Origin: Mytilus trossulus
Taxonomy: Eukaryota
Direction: 5' to 3'
Assembly: GCF_036588685.1 (NCBI RefSeq)
Contig: NC_086379.1
Coordinates: 83,762,001 to 83,826,000 of the forward strand
DNA: 64,000 nt
The notes under the pieces were generated by a model. The model made no database searches. It saw only the letters and a list, made by a program, of their open reading frames with translations, and was not told where the DNA came from. Each line of letters begins with the position of its first letter. Position 1 is the first letter of the stretch. Below are positions 25,201-36,100 of the stretch, piece after piece. Both the position numbers and the translations under genes were made by a program.

Positions 25201-28200
25201 GGTCAATGTACATCATGTTCTTTGTGGTTAAATCCTGAAGTAAGTAAATGTACACATGTTCTTTGTGGTTTAATCCTGGAGTAAGTCAATGTACATCATA
25301 TTCTTTGTGGTAAAATCCTGAGGTAAGTCAATGTACATCATGTTCTTTGTGGTCAAATCCTGAGATAAGTCAATGTACATCATGTTCTTTGTGGTCAAAT
25401 CCTGAGGTAAGTCAATGTACATCATGTTCTTTGTGGTCAAATCCTGAGGTAAGTAAATGTACACATGTTCTTTGTGGTCTAAACCTGAAGTAAGTCAATG
25501 TACATCATGTTCTTTATGGTCAGATCCTGAAGTAAGTCAATGTACATCATGTTCTTTTTGGTCAAATCCTGAGGTAAGTCAATGTACATCATGTTCTTTG
25601 TGGTCAAATCCTGGGGTAAGTAAATGTAGATCGTGTTCTTTATGGTCAAATCCTGAGGTAAGTCGATGTACATCATGTTCTTTGTGGTCAAATCCTGAGG
25701 TAAGTAAATGTACATCATGTTCTTTGTGGTCAAATCCTGAGGTAAGTCAATGTACATCATGTTCTTTGTGGTCAAATCCTGAGGTAAGTCAATGTATATC
25801 ATGTTCTTTGTGGTCAAATCCTGGGGTAAGTCAATATACATCATGTTCTTTGTGGTAAAATCCTGAGGTAAGTCAATGTACATCATGTTCTTTGTGGTAA
25901 AATCCTGAGGTAAGTCAATGTACATCATGTTCTTTGGTCAAATCCTGAGGTAAGTCAATGTACATCATGTTCTTTGTGGTAAAATCCCGAAGTAAGTCAA
26001 TGTACATCATGTTCTTTGTGGTCAAATCCTGAGGTAGGTCAATGTACATCATGTTCTTTGTGGTCAAATCCTGATGTAAGTAAATGTACATCATGTTCTG
26101 TATAATCAAATCCTTAATTTTGTGTATACTCAAAACTATAATTATTATGCACATGAATACTTCCCTCATTTCATTTCATATTGAGGAACCTGTACTTAGA
26201 GACCACTTTAGCCTTTTTCTTTGAGTGGTCTCGTAACACAGGTTTGACTGTAAAGTCATTATCTCAGTATTAGGTATTTGTATATTGGAATGCAGGAAAT
26301 GAAAAAAAGTTAGATATTTATTTTTGCTGTTATTGAGATAAATGTGTTTTTTATGACCCACCTACAATAGAAGAGGGTCATTATGTTTTCTGGTCTGTGG
26401 CTCCATTGGTCTGACTGTTGGTTCGTTCGTCCACCACATTGAGTGTCTCGCTTCAGGTTAAAGTTTTTGGTCAAGGTAGTTTTTAATGAAGCTCAATCAA
26501 CCTAAAACTTATAAAAAAGAAGATGTGGTATGATTGCCAATGAGACAACTATCCACAAAAGACCAAAATGACACAGACATTTACAACTATAGGTCACCTT
26601 ACGGCCTTCAACAATGATCAAAGCCCATACCGCATAGTCAGCTATAAAAGGTCCCGATAAGACAATGTAAAACAATTCAAACGAGAACAAACGGCCTTAT
26701 TTATGTAAAAAAATTAATGAAAAACAAATCTGTAACACATAAACAAACAACAACCACTGAATTACAGGCTCTTGACTTGGGACAGGCACATACATAAATA
26801 ATGTTGCGGGGTTAAACATGTTAGTGGGATCTCAACCCTCCCCTAACCTGGGACAGTGGTATAACAGTACAACATAAGGATGAACTATAAAAATCAGTTG
26901 AAAAAGGCTTAACTCATCAGATAGACAAAAAATACAATTGGAAGTGGATGGGTACTTATACATCCCGACACCAAAAAACACTTTGAAGTTTGAACAGATC
27001 TGAGAGTACTCACAGTTATCTGACAGCTGGTTCAAAGCCACTAACAACTAATAAAAAAAGCATGCCTCTAAGACTAAACCAATCAATCTGTATACATCCA
27101 ACATACAATGGGTTTATTGCTAATGATAGGATCTTCCTAATTTTAATGCCAAATTAGATTTTTTACCCAATTTCACGGAAAATGATAGTGTTAGTGGGGC
27201 ATCTGTGTACTTTGGACACATTCTTGTTTATGTCTCTTTCTGGAAATTATCAGGACAATTATTATTAATATTCATATAATATATGTGCTACACATTTGAA
27301 GATTTCCCTTAACATTCTTGCCAGAATTAGTGAGTTTTTTAATAATTCTAATAAAAAAATATGTAGACTAGTCTGACAGTTGTCTTCAATTACAATACCA
27401 TAATAATTTTAAATATTGTTTTTATTTCAAAGTTCTTCATCTTTGGTAGTCGAATGGAAATTTTACAGTGAGACTATGGAAATGAAGATAACAAAATGAT
27501 ACCGAAATTTAAAGAACAAATTTATGGTCAGAAAAATGCCAGACCCTAACTCATGTAAGAGGGACAACAGATATAAAAGGGACAGTCAAACTCATAAATC
27601 AAAAAATAAACTGACAAGGCCATGGCTAAAAATGAAACAGACAAACAGTAGTACACATGACACAACATAGAAAACTATATTTACTATATATTACCATTGT
27701 CAATCTCTTATTTTGTGTTTTGCTTAGTCATTTAATTCCATTTGTTCTGTGAAAAAAGTGGGATTTTAAAATGTCTTGCAGTTCTTCTCTCAGTGGATGA
27801 TTGTCTTTTTCTTGTTGTTTTTTAAGCAAGATGACGAAAGAGCTGTATCAGAAATAAGAAAAGAAGCTGAAGAAGTCAGGAAAACTATGGGTAAGTTGTT
27901 ACTTAAATGATTCAACCTCCATTCAATGCTTCCTCTAATTTTCTATACTCTTAAATGAAAACTTTTGTTGGAAGAGTAATCATTTTTTCCATGGACATAT
28001 TTCTGTGAAAGTGTAGTGAATTAACTGATATGTTGAGTTTTTGGTCATTTTTAGTGTTTCTCAATGAAAATATTTGTTTGAAGTCTCAATAATGTGGGGA
28101 ATATTCTGAAATTTTTTTGATTATTTTGTGAAATAATTTTATTTTGATATTAATTAGAGCAGGAGAGAATTATTGCCAAATTCCATGTGAGTTTTTGTCA

Positions 28201-28882
28201 TCACTTGGCGTCTTTCTTTGTCTGTAAACTTACACAAATCTTCTCCTCTAAATTACTAAAACAAATTTAACCAAACTTGGCCATAATCATAATTAGGGTA
28301 TGCAGTTGTGAAATTGTGTGATGACCTCACCTGCCAACCAACATGGACGACATGGCTAACAATCGAACAATTGGGTGAAACACAAGTGTTGTCTATTGTC
28401 TTGGCCAAATTAAACCAAACTTTGTCTCAATCAATATTGGGTTATCTTATACTATTTATTTTTACTTAAACCTTATTTTACTTAATTTTAAACCACAGTA
28501 GATACAGGTGAGCGACACAGCCTCTTGAGAGCCTATAGTTTTCTTTAAATCTTTTTCTTTCATTTTAAATAAGAATATTGCCTGAAAATTCACTGTTCAT
28601 TTAAATGCAACCATCTAGATCATTAAACTTTATAAGAAACACAGCCAAGATTCACTGCCCAATATAAGGTCTAGCTACAAAAAAAATATATATAAGAAGT
28701 TAGTTTTGTCACTGCATCCAATGCTATAAAGTACAATATATAAATTCTGTAATACATACCTATACCTGTTTTTCTATTATGTAGGATATAATGATGACAA
28801 GTTGATCGGTGCTCCAGATGAACCTCCCAGTAAAAAACCCAGAATGGTGCCTCCTGGAAACCCTCGTGCTCAAGTTGTGTAA
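22277..28882 (+). CDS. RNF216: RNF216/TRIAD3-like RBR E3 ubiquitin ligase, 3' part (end of IBR, RING2, C-terminus); upstream exons not found in window
   Basis: Phase-consistent AG/GT exons 22277-22374, 23117-23249, 24305-24400, 27827-27890, 28785-28882 (TAA) translate to [125 protein letters not shown]...QVV*. This matches the RNF216 RING2 pattern (GCNxMxCRCGAxMCYxCR...YDHFC...CSLW) as recalled. Confidence 0.92.
22690..23068. mobile_element. Hairpin-ended non-autonomous DNA element; same family ends at window positions 1-78
   Basis: Hairpin with a GAGCCGTAAGGCGAG loop at about 22747. The end AAAATACACTGG...AACCAATC...ATAAGGTGAAATTAT is shared with 22-78. Confidence 0.5.
24366..26115 (+). repeat. 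42-bp minisatellite (~41 copies) made of the RNF216 exon end plus its 5' splice site
   Basis: Unit AATGTACATCATGTTCTTTGTGGTCAAATCCTGAG|GTAAGTC. The first copy is the real exon end (24400). Confidence 0.97.
26513..27110 (-). mobile_element. Nin-domain-type SINE inserted in a HINE-like element (26348-27228)
   Basis: Reverse complement of 61705-62252, with tail ...CTCATTGGCAATCATACCACATCTT. Fragments also at about 11465, 19579, 33590, 38620, 42664 and 53148. Confidence 0.8.
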
Positions 28883-29072
28883 TCTTAAATATAAACCCAG
28901 AATAGTGCGTCCTGGACACCCTTTAGCTTGAGCTCAAGTTGTGCAATATTGAATAAAGACCTAGAAAAGTGCCATATAGGCACCCTTGGGCTCTAGTGGT
29001 GTAATATTGGATAAAATCCCAGAATAGTGCCTCTTGTGCACCTTTGTGCTCACGGTGTGTAATATTGGATAA
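28835..29072 (+). repeat. Degenerate ~58-bp x4 repeat spanning the RNF216 stop codon
   Basis: Units start at 28835, 28893, 28957 and 29015: (A)ACCCAGAATRGTGCCTCCTGG...GCTCAAGTTGTGTAATATTGGATAA. Confidence 0.85.
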
Positions 29073-31605
29073 GAAAACAAAATCCAGACTTCTTGGCATG
29101 TTCCATTCTTCAAATTCTCAGGACAAGTTATGCATAGCACCTTATTGTTTATGATCAATTCAATGAAGGATTGTTTTAAAGGAAAGAAGAGTTGGACAAG
29201 AAATTGGAAACAAAGAGGATTGTTGCTGTTTCTTGGATAAAACATTTTTTAAAGTCATGATACCTGTATCAGTGAAAACCTTGTTGGACTTGTGTGACAT
29301 TTTATAGTGTAACATTTATCACAAGCTGCTTGCAATTGTGGCATGCAAACAACATTTTTTCTTGTAAGGCAATATTGATATAGGGATGGGATATGAAGAT
29401 GTTTTATTTCCAATGGTGCTCTATTTTTACTGTTTATTATATTATGTAGAGCTATGGTTTTTAATATGGTGACTGATGAAAATTGACCATAAAACTGTAA
29501 AGATAAATAACAGTTAATATTATAAATGACATGTATGAATTCATTCTCTTTGATTTCTAAAATATTTTCAGATTAGAATTAAACACTTTTGTGTGAATTA
29601 GTTGGTATAAGTAAAAGATAAGGAAAATTTGGAACTTATGTTAAAAGTGCAAGGGTAACAAATATATGATTAGATCACAGGTTTCTATAGTAGAATACTG
29701 TTTGAGACATCTTTTAGAAGAGAGCTCTTGTTAAATAATATATTAATTAGTTTCTATGTTAAAATCTGCATGTATACCATGTTATCCGTAACAGTTTTAT
29801 AACTGCATTTTGTTTGATTTGAAACGCATGACACAGCAAAATTGAGATCATATTTTAGTGCTTAAACAAAACAGAAAGTTATTTAGTGCTAATAGTCATG
29901 ATAGTTGTACACAAGTCATGTTTGTTGTGTGTTATTTTATTGCTGAAATGCTAAAAGACAATGAAGTTATGAAACATGTTCATATGTTGTAATGTTGCAT
30001 ATAGTGGTATAGACCTATTCTTTGAATGGAATGTTTTATTGTTAATTTTAGGTACATTCAGAATTATTTCTCTTTTTTATTTGGTTTCTAATTAGTCTAT
30101 AATGTAGAATAAGAGCAACATTGAAATAATTAAAGACCAGATTTTTAATTAGATGTTGTGTTATCATAAGGTCAGATGTATCAACTTCAACACAAATTTA
30201 TACAATGTAAAATGTAAAATGAATCAACAAAAAAATAATAAAATTAACAAAAAATTAAACAAAATTAGTCAATAACCAGCAAGAATTAATATTTAAAGAA
30301 ACGTTTTTTTTAAGTAATACACCTTATTTTCAACTGAGGAGGGATAGTTCTGTAAATGTAACAGTAAATTGTGCGGTAATTAAATTTGTCCGCCACACTT
30401 TTTCACTAGGTAATCAAGTATGTGACTAATAGATTTATTAGGAATGTAAGTCCCTGGATTATTCTAAGGAAGCTAAAAAAGTTTTTCATGCACTTATTTT
30501 CCGAAGAAAAGTCTTATATTATATAGTTATACATCCATATTGTTATTGTTTTCTATGAAAAAGGCCTCTTTAAATGTTATTTCCCCAAGACATTCTTAAA
30601 ATTTAATTTATACTAAAAGTATCATTTGTAATTAGGTGCATCATTTAAGTCCATAATATAAAAAAAAATAGTTTGTTTGATTATTAAAAAAACCAACCCT
30701 TTTGTAATAACAAATATAGTGAAATATGAATGCAAAATGTTTAACATTGTACAAACATATAAGAATTAAAAGTTCTATTATTCACAAGTTAAGGGTTTCC
30801 TTCATTACAATATTTCCTATAAGAAAAAGGACATGAACATACCTAGGAATATTAATGCCCTTGACATTAATGTCAAAGTAATAAGTCTTTGCTAGTATAA
30901 CGAAAGATCGATGCACAAACCATAACACAACCATGACAACAAGATTTGAATGATTTCTTTTATTACACATTTTCCTAAACTGTAAAGGATGTTTTTACAT
31001 AGGAATCTTAATGAACTGTAGATGAATTCCTGGGGAAATTAAACCAAGCATATACATTTTATATAAAAAGGGATAAACAACTGTAAACCAACATTATAAC
31101 AAAAGAATTAAAAGTCCATTGTTAACATGCAATTAATTTTTGGAAAATGTTTTTTAGGGAACATTTTCCTGGTCAGATAAATATTATGTAAATTTTTACC
31201 AAGGAATATTGATAAAATGTACATACATTCCTAGGAAAATTATTCAGTGGGACAAAAATTACTGCCATTAGGCTTAATAACTAGTAAATTCTGCAACCAT
31301 GGACTTCTTATACTACATGTATTCATATAGTCAGCCAGACAATTCTTACTAGGACTCATTTATCTATTACATAAGCAGGATCAAATGTTTGTGCCAAATT
31401 ATTGATTTGTTGAGGGAATACTTGTGAAATATTTTATGTTGAAATTAAAAACATATGATTTGCATACCTTTTGTTTTCCTATAACTAATGGACCTGAAAC
31501 ATATTTCATTTGCAGGTGAATCAAAATGGTTTATGTGTCTGTCACAAGACAGGAACCTTATTGGTGGTTGTTTATTTGATTAAAATTAACGGTACCAATT
31601 TTATT

Positions 31606-31649
31606 GCATCAGATGCACATTTCGACAATACATATCTCTTCAGTGATGC
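31606..31649 (-). ncRNA. Minimal type I hammerhead ribozyme, within a Penelope/retrozyme-like fragment (about 31585-31745)
   Basis: The minus strand reads GCAUCA CUGAAGA GAUA-UGUAU-UGUC GAAA U-GUGC-A UC UGAUGC. It has a 6-bp stem I, a CUGANGA core, a 4-bp stem II, GAAA, a tiny stem III and an AUC cleavage triplet. Confidence 0.75.
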
Positions 31650-32419
31650 TCGTGGCCAAAATATTTGAAATCCAAAGCTTATATAAAAGATGAAGAGCTA
31701 TAATCCAAAAGGTCCAAAAAGTATAGCAAAATCCGTGAAAGAATCTGTTGAACTGTTCATTGGCAAAAAACATCACATCATCCTGTCATGAAATGTTGTC
31801 ATTTTAGTGTTATATTTATCATTGCCATCAAAGTGTGAAAACCAGGTTCAACCATACCATTTTTGCTTAAAATGTCCTGTTCTGAGTCAGGAAAATGGCA
31901 GTTGTTATCTTATAGTTCGTTTCTGTGTGTGTTGCATTGTTGTTTTGGTTTCGCACTTCAGTGTTTCTGTTTCGTTGTTTTCCTCGAATAGTTGATGTGT
32001 TTACCTCAGTTTTAGTTTGTAACAAGGATTTGTTTTCTTCTCAATCAATTAATGAATTTCAAACAGCGGTAAACAACTGTTGCTATTATTTAAAGTGGCA
32101 TATCTATGATAGATTGTGTTGATTTAAAATGTCAATTTTTAAAAGTCGAAGCAAACATGAGCATGATCAATTGTCACATGCCCATAGGTGATAACTTCTG
32201 CTTTTAACAGAGTAAGAAAAAGAGATGGAACTCAGCAAGATGATATAAGCCAAAGAAAAACGAAGAAGTCTTGACAGAGATAAGTGAGAAAAAAAGGAAG
32301 TAGTATTAAACAAAAACTAAAAGGTCAAAGCAGGAAGTATGTCCAGAAGTAAACAATTTATTTTGAATAAAGACTGATGAACAGGTAACCAAAAACAAAG
32401 AGTTAACTTTAAATATATA

Positions 32420-32590
32420 AATAAATGCCTACATGCCAAAAAATGCACACATTCTATGAATGGATACAAGAATGCCTTGACATCATATTTAACATCAAGA
32501 ACAGATATGATCAATCACACAATATAGTCTTATGTGGGGATCTAAATGGGTCATTTATACCAACAAGAAACATCGAGCATGACATATATA
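32420..32590 (+). pseudogene. LINE endonuclease fragment
   Basis: Translation ...ECLDIIFNIKNRYDQSHNIVLCGDLNGS contains the APE GDxN motif in its usual context. Confidence 0.55.
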
Positions 32591-33030
32591 GATTCTACCA
32601 CTGCATCGAGTGTTATACGATATTTATCCACTCTCGACAGTTCAATTTTCAAATTTAAAGTCCGAGCCGCCTCGGCGTGGACTTTAAAATTGATAATTTA
32701 ACTGTCGAGAGTGGATAAATATCGTATTACACGAGATTTGGTGGTGGAATCTGTTTCTCTAATGATTTTCTAACATTATGCAGGCAAACTTATTCCTCCT
32801 TTTCGAATGATCTGCAAAAAGATGTGTTCTTTATATGTGACGTCGTCAGGCATGGTCGCCTTTTTTCATACTGTCACAATAGGAAATTCAGAGGAAAGCA
32901 AGAAAATTCGACGTCACAATCGGATTTTAACCAATGAAGTACTGAGATCAAACGAACCACACGTTGATTAATTATTTTTTTTATACAATGGGTGCAGAAA
33001 GGGATAAATTGACGAAGAATTAGAGAAAAA
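32590..33030. mobile_element. Hairpin-ended non-autonomous DNA element
   Basis: ~70-bp stem AGATTCTACCAC...GTGGTGGAATCT (32590-32752) with a GAGCCGCCTCGGCG loop. Confidence 0.55.
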
Positions 33031-33116
33031 GTAATACATAGCATGCATTATAATACAAATCAAAATTTATAAATCTCATTTTAATGAACATTTTCTACTA
33101 TCCTTTTTACACAAAT

Positions 33117-36100
33117 CTATTCAATTAACGATGAAAGTCCACTATTTCTGGCATTTTCAATGATGTCCTTTAATTTGTGTTTTTTAGGAAAAAAGTAAAC
33201 ATTCATCCATTCTTCAGTAGCTGTGTCATAGAATACTTCTGATAGAGATGACTGCAGTCGTGCTTTTAAGATTCGAAAACTCTCCAATAACCTGAAAAAA
33301 TAAATCAAAGTTAATTGAAACCAGTGTATGTATATTTATAGGTTGTATTTCTATATACTTGCAATGCCACTTTCAATACAAATGACTTTAAATCTAAAAC
33401 TGTGTCACTTTTCCATAAAGTGGTGTGTTTTTTTATATTGTATCCTAAGGAATAAAAATTAATTTATACACTTCTTTTTTATTTATTGCTAAAGTCAAAA
33501 CAAAGTGTTATGTCACATTTTTTTTTAACATTTAAATGACTCCCAGTTTTAGCTCATATTAAACCTCTTTACTACACCTACTTTTACTTTGACTTGTTTC
33601 ACATTGTCTTATCAGGGCCTTTTATAGCTGACTATGCGGTATGGTCTTTGCTCATTGTTGAAGGCCGTAAGGTGACCTATAGTTGTAAATGTCTGTATCA
33701 TTTTGGTCTTCTGTAGATAGTTGTCTCATTGGCAATCATACCACACCTTCTTTTTTATATTGTCCTGAGAACTTGGTACTATTATGAGTTTGACACATTG
33801 TATATGGACTATAAAGAATGTAACATTTGTGTTACATTGCAAATTAAACGTATCAACAAACTTCTGAACTTCATATAAACTGAAATCAATAAAAATGAAC
33901 TTACTTTGCTACAGCATTTAGTAAGGGTCCTACATGGACAGGATTGACAAAGTTTCTTTTTATTTGATATTCGTTCATCCAAGTAAATATGCTATAAATA
34001 GAAAAGAGTTCATATTTTATATAATGTTTTACTGATGAACACATATGAAATTAACAACCATCATGCATGTTTCTTCTCTAAATCAATTCAAAATTCAGAA
34101 TGAACATCCTTAATTAAATAAACAGCTGCGTCATGAGCGCATGATACACCAGACGTCTTGTGTGGAAGTTTTATGCAATAATCATAAATAGTTTCTGAGA
34201 AAGTTTTAAGCAATAACCATATATTGTTTTTGAGACACGGCGGGACATGTGAAACCCCAAACCGTGTTTTTTTTTTACAAAAAACTAAATATCACTAAAA
34301 TAAAATTTTGAATCAAAACCAAAAAGTATACAGATCTTTAGATTAATATAACAAAGAAGTGTGTACAGTTTTAAGCAATAATCATAAATTATTTTTGAGA
34401 TACCGCGCGACATGTAAAAAAAACCTCCCCTGTTTATCAAAATACTCAATAACTCCAAAATAAAGTTTTGAACCATCACAAAAGTATACAGATCTTTAGA
34501 TTAATATAACAAAGAAGTGTGTAAAGTTTTAAGCAATAATCATAAATTGTTTAACTGAATAAATGAAAGTTGATGCAACAGCAATTTAAATCTATCAATA
34601 ACACCTTTCATAAATACAACAGATTAGTTGCATGCGCTCGAATAATATCAAGTTTCAATTTACTACAACAGGACTCAATAATTTGTGTATGATTAATATG
34701 ATTTGTTAATATATTTTTCCTTTGTTACGGCTTTGATAGGAAATGTCATAACTACTTTTGTAACATTTGTATTTAAACCTTATGTCAACTGATCTGTGGT
34801 ATACACATGCTTTATGTACATGAATGGAATTCTAGGGTTCCAAGAAAGTTGATATAAGAATAATCTTAAAAATGTGTTGAGTAGATAATTGTAAAGTTTA
34901 AACACATACTATTCAGTGTTTATTTGTGTGGGCTGAATAACTCAAATTTAGTAATCTTTATCGGGCATTCAGAATGTAAGATACTGAGCCCAGTTTATAT
35001 ATCAATAATCTCTGGTTTGATGGGCTCCATTATACATATCTATAGGTTAACATGGATATCAATTGTTACTTGGATGGAGAGTTGTCTCCCTGGTAATCAT
35101 ACCACATCTTCCTTTATCTATATGTATATTGTATATTTACCTCTCATTATGCATTAGATCTTCATAGGAAGCCTCAAGGTGATTGAAATCCAGCATATCT
35201 CTGTACACTTTATGTCCTGGAAAATCACAAGGAGGTGCTCCTAAACTGTGGAGATAAAACTAATGTCACTTAATAGTGTTATAAAGATAGCAAAAGCCAA
35301 AATCAATATTCTGGAAGACTCCATGCAGGTTAATTTAGAAGGCAGATTTAAAATCAATGCTAGATTTCTATTTGACATTTTCTGAGTTTTTGTAACAATA
35401 TTGGTAAATATAAATTCATATGTTTTAACGCACTGTCAAATAAAACATAGCTTGAATTGTTCTTTTCATTGGTCAGACACACAAAGGTGAGATTTAAACC
35501 TGAGAAGGTCAGACACTCCATTGTGACGGTCATTACTTACCACAGAAATGAACTGATAGATAAGTGAGATTTAAACATGAGAAGGTCAGACACACCATTG
35601 TGAAGGTCATTACTTACCACTGAAATGGACTGATAGGCAAGTGAGATTTAAACTTGAGAATGACATACACACCATTGTGAAGGTCATTTATAATACTTAC
35701 CACTGAAATGGACTGATAGGCAGGTGAGATTTTAACTTGAGAAGGTCAGACACTCCATTGTGAAGGTCATTACTTACCACTGAAATGGACTGATAGGCAG
35801 GTGAGATTTAAACTTGAGTAGGTCATAAAAATCATTGTGAAGGTCATTACTTACCACTGAAATGGACTGATAGGCAGGTGAGATTTAAACTTGAGAAGGT
35901 CATACACACCATTGTGAAGGTCATTACTTACCACTGAAAAGGACTGATAGGCAGGTGAGATTTAAAGTTGAGAAGGTCAGACACTCCATTGTGAAGGTCA
36001 TTACTTACCACTGAAATGGACTGATAGGCAGGCGAGATTTAAACTTGAGAACGTCAGACACACCATGGTGAAGGTCATTACTTACCACTGAAATGGACTG

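Noticed and set aside
24333-26169. Minus-strand ([14 protein letters not shown])n ORFs
   Set aside because: Antisense reading of the exon-derived array, broken by 1-2 bp indels.
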